A stretch of 32,000 nt of DNA from Acholeplasma laidlawii PG-8A (GCF_000018785.1 NC_010163.1:690001-722000); one strand, 5' to 3'. Positions 18,150-27,210 are shown, numbered from the stretch's first letter. Notes: a model not told the origin generated them from the sequence alone. Made by a program: numbers and translations.

Positions 18150-18196
18150 AAAGGGTACACATGGATAGTAAATATCTTAATCTGTACCCTTTTTAT
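18150..18196. terminator. Bidirectional terminator between convergent genes
   Basis: Stem AAAGGGTACA / TGTACCCTTT with a long loop. It is flanked by A- and T-runs. Confidence 0.55.
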
Positions 18197-18212
18197 GTTT
18201 GTAACCTCGTAG

Positions 18213-19022
18213 TTAACGTTTAAACCAATAGCCTATAGATCTTCCACCGCCACCAGAGATGCCTCTGCGACTAGAAAAGAAAAATATAGGTAAAAATCTA
18301 TAGATAGAAGCGCCTGATAAAATAATAATTGAAAAAATTATCCAAAACCAATAACTAGAAAACCAACCTTCATAGAACTCATATTTTGGAATAGCGGCTA
18401 TATAATCATATTGAACCTCGTAATATGCATCCATGTAAGAAGTATGGTTATAAGAAGTATAGTCATAGATATTTAAATATATATAGGATAAGACACCATG
18501 AAATAAACTTATAATTCTTGCATCATAATCATATGCAGGTATTAAAGGATCATTAAAATAATCAGTAATCAATTGATTAGCACTAAATGCGGATAGGTAT
18601 CCGCTCATAGTAGTTCCTATTTCAAATAGTATATTTTCATAATTAATAGTATCACCCTCTTTTGAAAACAATACAGTAATAAGAATACCCATATCATTTT
18701 CACCGATGCCCCAATTATTAAAGATTTCAGTTGTATTATAGGTTGATTCATCACCTATATATGCTACAACTACAACCTGAGCACCTTGAATATTAGAAGG
18801 TATATCATCTGCCTTAGAATCAAGGTATAGTTCATTGGCATAGTTAAAAATAGTCCAACTGGTGGCGTTTAAGAGTATGTGATCCTGATCATGAATGTAA
18901 AACAGTTTAGAAGGTTCTAAAGAAGTGTTTTTATTGCTTGTACAAGCACTTAGAGTCAAAATAAATAGTAGAATCATCCAAACTATATAAAGTCGTTTAT
19001 GATTCATAGTTTGATAAATCAA
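18213..19022 (-). CDS. TPM-domain (DUF477-type) lipoprotein with C-terminal TM helix and Gly-rich tail
   Basis: 269 aa. Lipobox LSAC. TPM-like blocks are AQVVVVAYIG and FNNWGIGENDMGILITVLF. The C-terminal tail is RRGISGGGGRS. It overlaps the upstream LemA gene by 4 nt. Confidence 0.7.
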   Translation of the reverse strand: MIYQTMNHKRLYIVWMILLFILTLSACTSNKNTSLEPSKLFYIHDQDHILLNATSWTIFNYANELYLDSKADDIPSNIQGAQVVVVAYIGDESTYNTTEIFNNWGIGENDMGILITVLFSKEGDTINYENILFEIGTTMSGYLSAFSANQLITDYFNDPLIPAYDYDARIISLFHGVLSYIYLNIYDYTSYNHTSYMDAYYEVQYDYIAAIPKYEFYEGWFSSYWFWIIFSIIILSGASIYRFLPIFFFSSRRGISGGGGRSIGYWFKR

Positions 19023-19603
19023 TCATTAAAAGTAGGTAAGGTTTTGTTGAAGTTTGCTACCTCATAGGTATCATATTGTGGATTATTACCTACAAACAAG
19101 TTATTTGGAAACATTCTTATATGTTTATTATAAGTAGCAACCGTATCATTATAAGCAAGTATAGCGGTTAAAACTACATTGGTTGATGCATTAAATTCAG
19201 CCAACGCATTTGCATAAAGTGCAGTTGTATTATAACTTGATGGGTTATCTTCTACATAGGATACTAGATTAATAAAGGTGGAATTAATCTCTTGTATAGA
19301 TTCATCAATTGATTCTAAATCATTACTAGCTAGCGCATTAGCAAATGCAGTTCGAGCAGCCATAATAGTATCTAAATACCCTTGAACTGTTGAATTTGCA
19401 CTTTGGATTGTATCAATCATTGCTGCCATTTTATCATATCTTATCGATAAAGTAGCATGTACATCCCCACGTTTTTGGCTCACTTCCACATCATTAGACT
19501 GATATGTATTGTAAGCTGTAATCCAAATACTTGAGATTACAACAATAACTATTGCAACGACTCCAAGTATAATATATAGCTTTTTCACATTATTTTCCCC
19601 CAT
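19019..19603 (-). CDS. LemA-family membrane protein
   Basis: 194 aa with a single N-terminal TM helix. It has LemA-like helical repeats (YNTYQSNDVEVSQKRGDVHATLSIRYDKM...). It forms the conserved LemA-TPM gene pair. Confidence 0.65.
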   Translation of the reverse strand: MGENNVKKLYIILGVVAIVIVVISSIWITAYNTYQSNDVEVSQKRGDVHATLSIRYDKMAAMIDTIQSANSTVQGYLDTIMAARTAFANALASNDLESIDESIQEINSTFINLVSYVEDNPSSYNTTALYANALAEFNASTNVVLTAILAYNDTVATYNKHIRMFPNNLFVGNNPQYDTYEVANFNKTLPTFND

Positions 19604-19697
19604 TCATGTGAATTTATATCATAATTATATTGCTAATTAACAACTTCATATTAAAAATTGCTTAAAAATCTCTAAAAATTTTATGAAAAATATTACA

Positions 19698-19727
19698 TTG
19701 CTCAGATTACCTAAAATATGATAAAAT
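19698..19727 (+). promoter_or_regulatory. Promoter of lepA
   Basis: TTGCTC, an 18-nt spacer ending in TGA, then TAAAAT, giving an extended -10. Confidence 0.45.
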
Positions 19728-19736
19728 ATTAAGAGC

Positions 19737-21575
19737 ATGAAAGGTATGAATAATTTGGACAAGAAAACATTAAACGAACGACAAAAGAATATTAGAAACT
19801 TCTCAATTATTGCCCATATTGACCACGGTAAATCAACGTTAGCAGACCGTATTTTAGAAATGACTTCGACTGTAGATAAGAGAAATATGAAAGCTCAACT
19901 TTTAGATAGTATGGATCTAGAGCGTGAACGTGGTATTACAATTAAATTGAACGCTGTTCAATTAACTTATAAAGCAAAAGATGGCAATGAATATATATTA
20001 CATTTAATCGATACTCCAGGGCACGTCGATTTTACCTATGAAGTTTCCAGATCGCTTGCAGCTTGTGAAGGCGCTATTTTAGTTGTAGATGCTGCACAAG
20101 GTATACAAGCACAAACATTAGCAAACGTATATTTAGCTTTAGATAATGATTTAGAAATCATCCCTGTATTAAATAAAATAGATTTACCAAGTGCTGAACC
20201 GGAAAAAGTAAGAAGAGAAATTGAAGAAATCATTGGTATTGATGCATCAGATGCAGTTATTGCCAGTGGCAAATCTGGTCTTGGTGTAATTGATATCTTA
20301 GAACGTATTGTTAGAGATGTTAAGGCACCTGAAGGTGATTCTAATGAACCTTTACAAGCATTAATCTTTGACTCATTTTTTGATATGTATAGAGGGGTCA
20401 TTCCTACAATTAGAGTTGTAAATGGTTCTATCAAAAAAGGTGATTTAATTGAGTTTATGGCTACAAAAGCTCAGTTTGAGGTTGTAGAGGTTGGTGTTTA
20501 CACACCAGAACAAAAACCAGTAGATATATTAGGACCTGGTGATGTAGGTTATATCACAGCGGCAATTAAAACACTAGATGATGTTCGTGTGGGTGACACC
20601 ATCACACATGTAAAGAACCATACAAAAAAAGCACTACCTGGTTATAGAACATTAAATCCTGTTGTATTTTGTGGATTATTCCCAATTGATCCTGATCAAT
20701 ATAGAGATTTAAGAGAAGCACTAGAGAAATTAAAATTAAATGATGCTTCACTCATCTATGAACCAGAAACATCTCAAGCTTTAGGTTTTGGATTTAGAAC
20801 CGGTTTTCTTGGATTACTTCACATGGATATTATCCAAGAACGTATTTCAAGAGAGTTTAACATTGAACTTATAGCAACTGCACCTAGCGTTATTTATGAT
20901 GTATATTTAACAGATGGTAGCAAGTTACTAGTGGATAACCCAAGTTTCTTACCGGATGTTCAAAAAATAGATCGTATTGAAGAACCGATTGTTAAAGCAA
21001 CTATCATGTGTCCTAAAGACTATGTTGGTGCTGTTATGGAAATATGTCAGAAAAAGCGTGGTATCTTTAAAGACATGACTTATGTAGATCAAACAAGAGT
21101 AATGATCACTTATAGAATACCTTTAGCAGAAATTGTATATGATTTCTTTGATAAATTAAAATCAAGTACAAAAGGTTATGCATCATTTGACTACGTTTTA
21201 GATGGTTATATGACATCCAGATTAAGAAAAATGGATATCTTATTAAATGGTGAAGTAGTGGATGCTTTATCTGTAATTGTTCACCATGACTTTGCATACT
21301 CGCGTGGTAAAGCAATTGTTGAAAAATTAAAAACATTAATTCCAAGACAAATGTTTGAAATACCTGTACAAGCTGCATTAGGTGGTAAGATTATTGCTAG
21401 AGAAACAATTAAAGCGATGAGAAAAGACGTTATTGCTAAATGTTACGGTGGTGACGTGTCTCGTAAGAAAAAATTACTAGAAAAACAAAAAGAAGGTAAG
21501 AAGCGTATGAAAACCTTCGGACGAGTGGATATTCCACAAAGTGCCTTCCTAGCAATTTTATCAAACGAAGATTGA
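19737..21575 (+). CDS. lepA: Translation elongation factor 4 (LepA)
   Basis: 612 aa. GTPase motifs [14 protein letters not shown] and NKID are present. The LepA C-terminal domain carries [23 protein letters not shown]. Confidence 0.95.
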   Translation: MKGMNNLDKKTLNERQKNIRNFSIIAHIDHGKSTLADRILEMTSTVDKRNMKAQLLDSMDLERERGITIKLNAVQLTYKAKDGNEYILHLIDTPGHVDFTYEVSRSLAACEGAILVVDAAQGIQAQTLANVYLALDNDLEIIPVLNKIDLPSAEPEKVRREIEEIIGIDASDAVIASGKSGLGVIDILERIVRDVKAPEGDSNEPLQALIFDSFFDMYRGVIPTIRVVNGSIKKGDLIEFMATKAQFEVVEVGVYTPEQKPVDILGPGDVGYITAAIKTLDDVRVGDTITHVKNHTKKALPGYRTLNPVVFCGLFPIDPDQYRDLREALEKLKLNDASLIYEPETSQALGFGFRTGFLGLLHMDIIQERISREFNIELIATAPSVIYDVYLTDGSKLLVDNPSFLPDVQKIDRIEEPIVKATIMCPKDYVGAVMEICQKKRGIFKDMTYVDQTRVMITYRIPLAEIVYDFFDKLKSSTKGYASFDYVLDGYMTSRLRKMDILLNGEVVDALSVIVHHDFAYSRGKAIVEKLKTLIPRQMFEIPVQAALGGKIIARETIKAMRKDVIAKCYGGDVSRKKKLLEKQKEGKKRMKTFGRVDIPQSAFLAILSNED

Positions 21576-21595
21576 TAACACATATACTATAAAGT

Positions 21596-21623
21596 AAACA
21601 GGTGAAATACACCTGTTTTTTTA
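21596..21623 (+). terminator. Rho-independent terminator of lepA
   Basis: Stem AAACAGGTG / CACCTGTTT with loop AAATA, followed by a T run. Confidence 0.75.
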
Positions 21624-21679
21624 TAGGCTATGAAAGGTGTTAAAATTAACATAAAATCACAAACTACAAACTATTTATC

Positions 21680-21708
21680 TTGACATGAATGCGCTTACAT
21701 GGTATCAT
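21680..21708 (+). promoter_or_regulatory. Near-consensus promoter with an embedded cre-like box
   Basis: TTGACA (21680-85), a 17-nt spacer, then TATCAT (21703-08). The spacer contains TGAATGCGCTTACA (21686-99), one mismatch from TGWAANCGNTNWCA. Confidence 0.6.
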
Positions 21709-21746
21709 ATGAATGTAGGATAAATCTATGTTCGTGAGGGAATTAA

Positions 21747-21839
21747 ATGAAAATGAAATATACATTTCAAGTACATATTAATTCAATTGGTACGCGTCAA
21801 TTAATTGACAGATTTTTTAATAAAATTAAACTAGGGTAG
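21747..21839 (+). CDS. Candidate 30-aa leader peptide/sORF
   Basis: GAGGG lies 6 nt upstream of the ATG. Translation is MKMKYTFQVHINSIGTRQLIDRFFNKIKLG. The stop lies inside the 5' arm of the following terminator. Confidence 0.3.
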   Translation: MKMKYTFQVHINSIGTRQLIDRFFNKIKLG

Positions 21840-21867
21840 GAATATTATATATTCATACCTTTTTTTA
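21835..21867 (+). terminator. Terminator/attenuator hairpin
   Basis: Stem GGTAGGAATA / TATTCATACC (9 of 10 pairs) followed by T7. It lies only 18 nt upstream of the next sORF, and no promoter intervenes. Confidence 0.55.
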
Positions 21868-21885
21868 TGACTTAGGAGGATAATT

Positions 21886-22050
21886 ATGAACACAATGCTT
21901 TATATGAATAACAAGAATCCATATGTAAAATATAGATCTGTTAATCCGGATACTGGTGATGTTAAGGTATCAACAGAAGTTTATGATAAAGTCAATGATG
22001 AGATACTAGAAAACATCCTACACCAAACAACTCATAAAAAAAAGAAATAA
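21886..22050 (+). CDS. Small protein (54 aa), unknown function
   Basis: A perfect TAGGAGGA RBS lies 6 nt upstream. Translation is MNTMLYMNNKNPYVKYRSVNPDTGDVKVSTEVYDKVNDEILENILHQTTHKKKK. A strong terminator follows. It falls below the track threshold. Confidence 0.5.
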   Translation: MNTMLYMNNKNPYVKYRSVNPDTGDVKVSTEVYDKVNDEILENILHQTTHKKKK

Positions 22051-22087
22051 TTCCTTTATAGGATAAAAAAATTCTTTTCTCTCTCTT

Positions 22088-22127
22088 ATAAAGAGGTATC
22101 TATTCAGGCTAGATACCTCTTTATTTT
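22088..22127 (+). terminator. Rho-independent terminator
   Basis: Stem of 13-15 bp, AAAGAGGTATCTA / TAGATACCTCTTT, followed by ATTTT. A TGaTATAAT extended -10 for hemW follows at 22127-22135. Confidence 0.7.
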
Positions 22128-22159
22128 GATATAATAGTAATAGAAGGTAGGTTTTTACT

Positions 22160-23251
22160 ATGAAGGGTTTATATATCCATATACCATTTTGCGAGTACAT
22201 CTGTCACTATTGTGATTTTGTTAAAAGAGTCCCTAAAAATCAAAATATGATAGATCAATATTTAATTAAATTAAGAGAAGAAATCATGACTTATGAGAGT
22301 CATTTTGATTCTATAGAGACAATCTTTGTTGGTGGAGGAACACCTTCCATGTTAACTGTAGATCAATTAACCTACCTGTTTGACTCGCTTGTAAGAATTA
22401 AACCAGTAGAATTTTCAATTGAACTTAATCCAGAAAGCTACACACATGAAAAAGGTTTAGTATTTAAAAAATATGGCATTAATCGTATATCCATGGGTGT
22501 CCAGAGTTTTGATGATAAAATACTAGCTTATTTAAATAGAGGTCATAAGACAGAACAAGTGTTTTCTATCATAAAAGACTTAAAAGACCTAGGCATCCCT
22601 TATATTTCTATTGACTTAATATTTGCAATACCGGGACAAACCCTAGATCATATTAAGTATGATTTAGAGCAGTTCTTAAAATTGGATATCACACATATTT
22701 CTTATTACTCTCTAATATTAGAAGATAAGACCTATTTTTATCATCAGTATTTAAAAGGTAACTTCAAACCGATGGATGAAGATAATGAAGCTATTATGTA
22801 TGAGTATGTCATGAATTTTTTAACAAATCATGGTTATGATCAATATGAAATAAGCAACTATGCAAAAAATAATCATTATTCACTACACAATAATATCTAT
22901 TGGACATTAGGTGAATATATTGGTGTAGGATTAGGGGCACATGGGTTTATTGATAATTATAGAACATACAATGAACGCGGAATGGGTCAATATATGGATC
23001 ATTTCTTAAAGGAAAAAACACTTCAAACTGAGGATTTAAAACTACAAGATGAACTTATATTTGGCTTAAGATTAACTAAGGGTGTATACATTCCTAGACT
23101 AGAACAAAAATATAAAATAAAATTAACTGAAAAATACCCCCAAATTCATGATAAAATAAAACTAGGATTACTTGAAATTAAAGATGACTATATACGTCTA
23201 ACTAAGGAAGGTACAATGCTTGGTAATCAAGTATTTATGATATTTGTATGA
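22160..23251 (+). CDS. hemW: Radical SAM heme chaperone HemW (HemN-like)
   Basis: 363 aa. CEYICHYCDF is a CxxxCxxC radical SAM motif, and GGGTPS is present. It follows lepA, as in many Firmicutes. Confidence 0.85.
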   Translation: MKGLYIHIPFCEYICHYCDFVKRVPKNQNMIDQYLIKLREEIMTYESHFDSIETIFVGGGTPSMLTVDQLTYLFDSLVRIKPVEFSIELNPESYTHEKGLVFKKYGINRISMGVQSFDDKILAYLNRGHKTEQVFSIIKDLKDLGIPYISIDLIFAIPGQTLDHIKYDLEQFLKLDITHISYYSLILEDKTYFYHQYLKGNFKPMDEDNEAIMYEYVMNFLTNHGYDQYEISNYAKNNHYSLHNNIYWTLGEYIGVGLGAHGFIDNYRTYNERGMGQYMDHFLKEKTLQTEDLKLQDELIFGLRLTKGVYIPRLEQKYKIKLTEKYPQIHDKIKLGLLEIKDDYIRLTKEGTMLGNQVFMIFV

Positions 23252-24153
23252 CCTATTTAATCAAAGATTTTTCTTATTATTTGAATAATGAATTGGGTTT
23301 ATCCAAGAATACCATTGATGCATATATGAGAGATTTAAAGGACTATGAATCTTTCTTAGATAAATATCATAAATTAAAAGATGTAGATAACATTCAATCA
23401 AAGCACATTGAAGGTTATCTTAAAAGTATTAAGAAAAAGGGATTATCTGCTAAAACGATATCTAGAAAACTCACCTCAATTAAATCATTTCATAAGTTTT
23501 TACTGATGGAAAAAGAAGTGGATGAAGATGTTACGCATAAAATTGCTAGACCTAAAATAGAAAAAACTTTACCTACAGTATTAAGTGTAGATGAGGTAAT
23601 TAGTATATTAGAAGTCATAGATAAGTCCACGACATTGGGTTTAAGAAATATGGCATTGCTAGAACTTATATACGGTTCTGGACTGCGTGTTTCTGAATTA
23701 CTTAATATAAAATTAAAGGATATCCATATGCAACAAAGCTATGTTATTGTCACTGGTAAAGGGTCAAAAGAACGTATGGTACCTATATCGGATATGGCAA
23801 TTATAGCAATTAGAAATTATTTAGTTAAGGCTAGAGATGATTTGATTAAGGAAAAAACAGATTATTTATTTATTAATAATCAAGGTAAAACACTTTCACG
23901 TGTAGGCTTTTTTAAAGTCTTAAAAAAGCTTGCAAGCGAAGCAAATTTAGACCCTGAAAAAGTGTCACCACATACCTTAAGGCATTCATTTGCAACACAC
24001 CTTTTAGAGAATGGAATGGATTTAAGAAGTCTTCAAAACCTACTTGGCCATGAAGATATATCGACTACACAAATCTATACACACATCTCACAATCAAGAT
24101 TAAAACAAGTTTATAACAAAACTCATCCAAGAGCAAAGGAGAATAACAAATGA
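23248..24153 (+). CDS. xerD: Tyrosine site-specific recombinase XerD
   Basis: 301 aa with an N-terminal SAM-like domain. Catalytic blocks are GLRVSEL and [38 protein letters not shown]. It shares ATGA overlaps with hemW and deoB. Confidence 0.85.
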
Positions 24154-25343
24154 GATTTAAAAGAGTATTTTTAATCGTCATGGACTCTTTAGGAGTCGGT
24201 GCATCAGAAGATGCAAATCAATATTTTAATGAAGGGGTAGACGATACAAAAGCAAATACGTTTGGTCATATTGCAGAAAGTATGGATCTTAGAATACCTA
24301 ATTTAGAGAAGCTTGGTGTAGGTAATATCATACCTATAAAAGGTACTAAATCAGTTGAATTATCCTCATCTTATGTAACAAAAATTCGTGAAAAATCACT
24401 AGGAAAAGATACGATGACAGGTCATTGGGAAATCATGGGCTTGTATGTTACAACACCATTTCAAACCTTTACAGACACTGGTTTTCCAAAAGAATTACTA
24501 GATGAATTAGAAGAAAGAACCGGACGTAAAATCATCGGTAATATCGCAGCAAGTGGTACTGAAATATTAAAGGATTTAGGTGAAGAACACATGAGGACTG
24601 GAGACTTAATTGTCTACACATCCGCAGACAGTGTACTTCAAATTGCGATGCATGAAGAGATCATTCCTATTGAAGAACAATACAGAATTTCTGCAATTGC
24701 ACGTGACATTACAATGAGACCAGACTGGAAAGTTGGACGTGTAATTACAAGACCATTCTTAGGTACAAATAAGGACAACTTTAAGCGCACAAGTAATAGA
24801 AAAGATTATGCATTAAAACCAAGTGAAGAGACAACTTTAAACTTCCTAAGTGATGCTAATTATGATGTCATCGCACTAGGTAAAATCAATGATATTTTTG
24901 ATGGTTACGGTATCAATAAATACAGTAAAACAGTATCGAATGATGATGGTATGAAACAGATTACAGAGTGGGCTAAAAAAGATTTTACAGGATTATGTTT
25001 CTTAAATCTAGTAGACTTTGATGCACTCTACGGACACCGCAGAGACCCTCATGGATATGGTAAAGCAATCATGGATATGGATAGTCAATTACCTGAATTA
25101 ATGGCTAATTTAAATGAAGATGATTTACTCATTTTAACAGCTGATCATGGTAATGATCCAACCTATGTTGGTACCGATCATACAAGAGAATTTGTACCAA
25201 TGATAGCTTATAGCAAGTCATTTAAATCAGGTGGTAGCCTACCAATACTTAATACATTTGCCGATTTAGGAAGTACAATTTCTGATAACTTTAAAGTCAA
25301 AAAAACAGAGCATGGTGACAGTTTCTTAAGTAAATTAAAATAA
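24150..25343 (+). CDS. deoB: Phosphopentomutase
   Basis: 397 aa. Blocks [37 protein letters not shown] and LTADHGNDP are present. Confidence 0.9.
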
Positions 25344-25370
25344 ATCAATGTTTACTAAATATAAACAAGG
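25342..25370 (+). repeat. Left boundary inverted repeat of the ORF-free island (contains motif ATGTTTACTAAATAT)
   Basis: AAATCAATGTTTACTAAATATAAACAAGG. The reverse complement of 27145-27173 matches at 26 of 29 positions. It starts at the deoB stop codon. Confidence 0.75.
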
Positions 25371-25397
25371 TGTAGAAATACTGCACCTTTTTATTTT
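25367..25397 (+). terminator. Rho-independent terminator of deoB
   Basis: Stem AAGGTGTAG / CTGCACCTT (one G-U pair) with loop AAATA, followed by TTTTATTTT. Confidence 0.7.
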
Positions 25398-25773
25398 GCA
25401 ATAATATGACGAATAAAGTCTGAATGATGTATATAAATATTTTGATAAAATACACTGTGAAACTAGATTTAATATGCTCAACTAAAACACCTAAACAGGA
25501 AAAAGTATACACAAAATTTAACCTTGTTTAAAGGTGGTAAAATCAGCCTAAAAACAAACATACATGAAGCATTGTTGATGATAAAAACGAACGAACAATG
25601 GACTCAATAAGGCCGATTAAAATAGAGAAAATGATGTAAAACGTGTCTAAACTAATAGCAGTTTGAGATGCATGATTATACGTAAAAGTAAAACTCGATT
25701 GCTTAAAATGCGCCTATAAAATTAAACGAAAACTAAATGTTATGAAAAAACAAATTTTAAAATTTCAAAAAAC

Positions 25774-25818
25774 CTATGTTTACTATTTAATGACTCAGTA
25801 TATATTTAGTAAACATAG
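25774..25818. repeat. Inverted pair of the ATGTTTACTA motif (12-bp perfect arms, 21-nt spacer)
   Basis: CTATGTTTACTA ... TAGTAAACATAG. The right arm's reverse complement, ATGTTTACTAAATAT (25802-25816), is identical over 15 nt to 25348-25362. Confidence 0.7.
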
Positions 25819-26136
25819 AATATTTCATGAGGAAACATAAAAAAGAGAAATTTCAGATATGTAGAAGTATTTCAGTAATTTAGTAATTTCCAAAGTAAAG
25901 TTTTAAGTGATCATTTTTATCGACGTAACATGATAGTTATAATTGTTAAAAAGCAAATGCGAAAAAATATAAGCCTTGATATTTCATACTAAGATGATCA
26001 GTTGAAGAGATTTTTAAAAGTATGATTCGATAAATTTATTAGCAGTTCACTATTTAAGTGAGATGAAATTAAACCAATCTTAAGAGTATAATTAATAGCC
26101 TTTATACAATCACACAATGATAATTATAAAACGTAA

Positions 26137-26155
26137 GTTTACCAAATATAAACAA
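26137..26155 (+). repeat. Internal copy of the boundary motif
   Basis: GTTTACCAAATATAAACAA matches 25350-25368 at 18 of 19 positions. It is flanked by the inverted hexamers ACGTAA / TTACGT. Confidence 0.6.
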
Positions 26156-26560
26156 TGTTTAGCGATGTAGTTACGTCGTAAGTGTAAATATTCTGTGTTA
26201 CACATTGATTGGTTGATTGGTAGTTGTAGCTGAAGACCCTTTAACAATGAGTGCATAAAGATGGTAAATGGGTATTGAATTGATAGCGATTGAGATGGAT
26301 ATACATCAGTTAATTAAGTACTCAAACGCTCAAAAATAACCAAACGTTTTTAGTTATTAGTATTGTTATTTACATCAAAATTGAAAGGTTTTGAGTCTCT
26401 GAAGCACCACTAGAGAGATTCGTTCAATATCATCATCTATAACGACGATTTTTAATAGATAAGACGTAACCCGGTTACGGAAGCACTAAATACAAGCAAT
26501 TAATAATTACAACATATCCACACTAACCTTGTTGTCCGCACAGTAAGGCTCACATTAAGT

Positions 26561-26588
26561 GGTTAACATAATATACATTATAGGCACT
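26561..26588 (-). other. dif: dif site (XerC/XerD chromosome dimer resolution site)
   Basis: The minus strand reads AGTGCCTATAA-TGTATA-TTATGTTAACC. 23 of 28 positions equal E. coli dif, including a 19-nt uninterrupted block ATAATGTATATTATGTTAA. It lies in an ORF-free interval between convergent genes, 2.4 kb from xerD. Confidence 0.8.
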
Positions 26589-26945
26589 AATTAATAAATA
26601 AAATAGTGTGGTTCTATCTTTTAAATGGGTATATTAATATATAAATGAGTATGATTAAATCTATAATATACCTATTAATTTACATATAAATATAATCATA
26701 ATATATATATGAGTATAAATAACGTTTTGAAAGTAAGTTTGATAGCATTTCATGTTACTTACGTTGACTAATTATATGTCTCACTCGCTATTAGGCTTAA
26801 AACACGTGATATCATGTTTTTACATGTATCAGATGCTGACGGACTACTACTACTCTTATGATGCTATGTGTGTCATTTATTATCAACTTTGAGAAGTGGT
26901 TAAATCTCATCCATCGATCAAGAGACGGTTGTCCACATCAGACGA

Positions 26946-26988
26946 AAGTAAAGGAGATGAGAAATATCTCTTCCCATCTCCTTTACTT
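26946..26988. other. Strong isolated hairpin (14-bp perfect stem)
   Basis: AAGTAAAGGAGATG / CATCTCCTTTACTT with a 15-nt loop, followed on + by TTAATTT. A second hairpin (CCAGGAT / ATCCTGG plus ACG/CGT) lies at 26998-27042. Confidence 0.6.
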
Positions 26989-27097
26989 AATTTGAATACG
27001 TAACCAGGATCACTTCTTATGCTAAACATATATCCTGGGCGTTTAACTTAAATAAACATTAGTCTATATTTTAAGTTTAATAAAAGTATACTGAATA

Positions 27098-27142
27098 ATT
27101 ATTTACTAAACATTAAGAATTTTGTTAAGTTTAGTAAATAAT
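27098..27142. repeat. Inverted pair of the TTTACTAAAC motif (14-bp perfect arms, 17-nt spacer)
   Basis: ATTATTTACTAAAC ... GTTTAGTAAATAAT. Confidence 0.7.
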
Positions 27143-27144
27143 GT

Positions 27145-27173
27145 CCTAGTTTATAATTGGTAAACATTGATTT
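27145..27173 (-). repeat. Right boundary inverted repeat of the ORF-free island
   Basis: The reverse complement AAATCAATGTTTACCAATTATAAACTAGG matches 25342-25370 at 26 of 29 positions. The 12-bp palindrome TTTACTAGTAAA follows immediately (27174-27185). Confidence 0.75.
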
Positions 27174-27182
27174 TTTACTAGT

Positions 27183-27210
27183 AAATAAAAAAAGTGCTTC
27201 TCAGCACTTT
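27183..27210 (-). terminator. Terminator of the YneF-like gene (potentially bidirectional)
   Basis: 8-bp stem AAAGTGCT / AGCACTTT with loop TCTC. T-runs flank it on both strands. Confidence 0.7.

Noticed and set aside
23248-24153. XerD-like gene as a dedicated phase-variation invertase acting on the IR-bounded island
   Set aside because: The gene sits in the conserved hemW-xerD-deoB housekeeping context with overlapping stops and starts. Both island flanks are 3' ends of genes, so inversion would have no obvious promoter or ORF to switch. A canonical dif explains the need for XerD.
23248-24153. Alternative genetic code (UGA=Trp, Mycoplasma/Spiroplasma)
   Set aside because: hemW and xerD both end on TGA within ATGA overlaps, at positions where homologous proteins normally end. 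All long ORFs are intact under the standard bacterial code.
26511-26937. DnaA-box-like 9-mers (ATATCCACA at 26513, TTGTCCACA at 26929) plus an AT-rich tract, suggesting an origin
   Set aside because: There are only two one-mismatch boxes about 400 bp apart, and no dnaA/dnaN nearby. The region holds a strong dif site and convergent genes, which points to the terminus rather than oriC.
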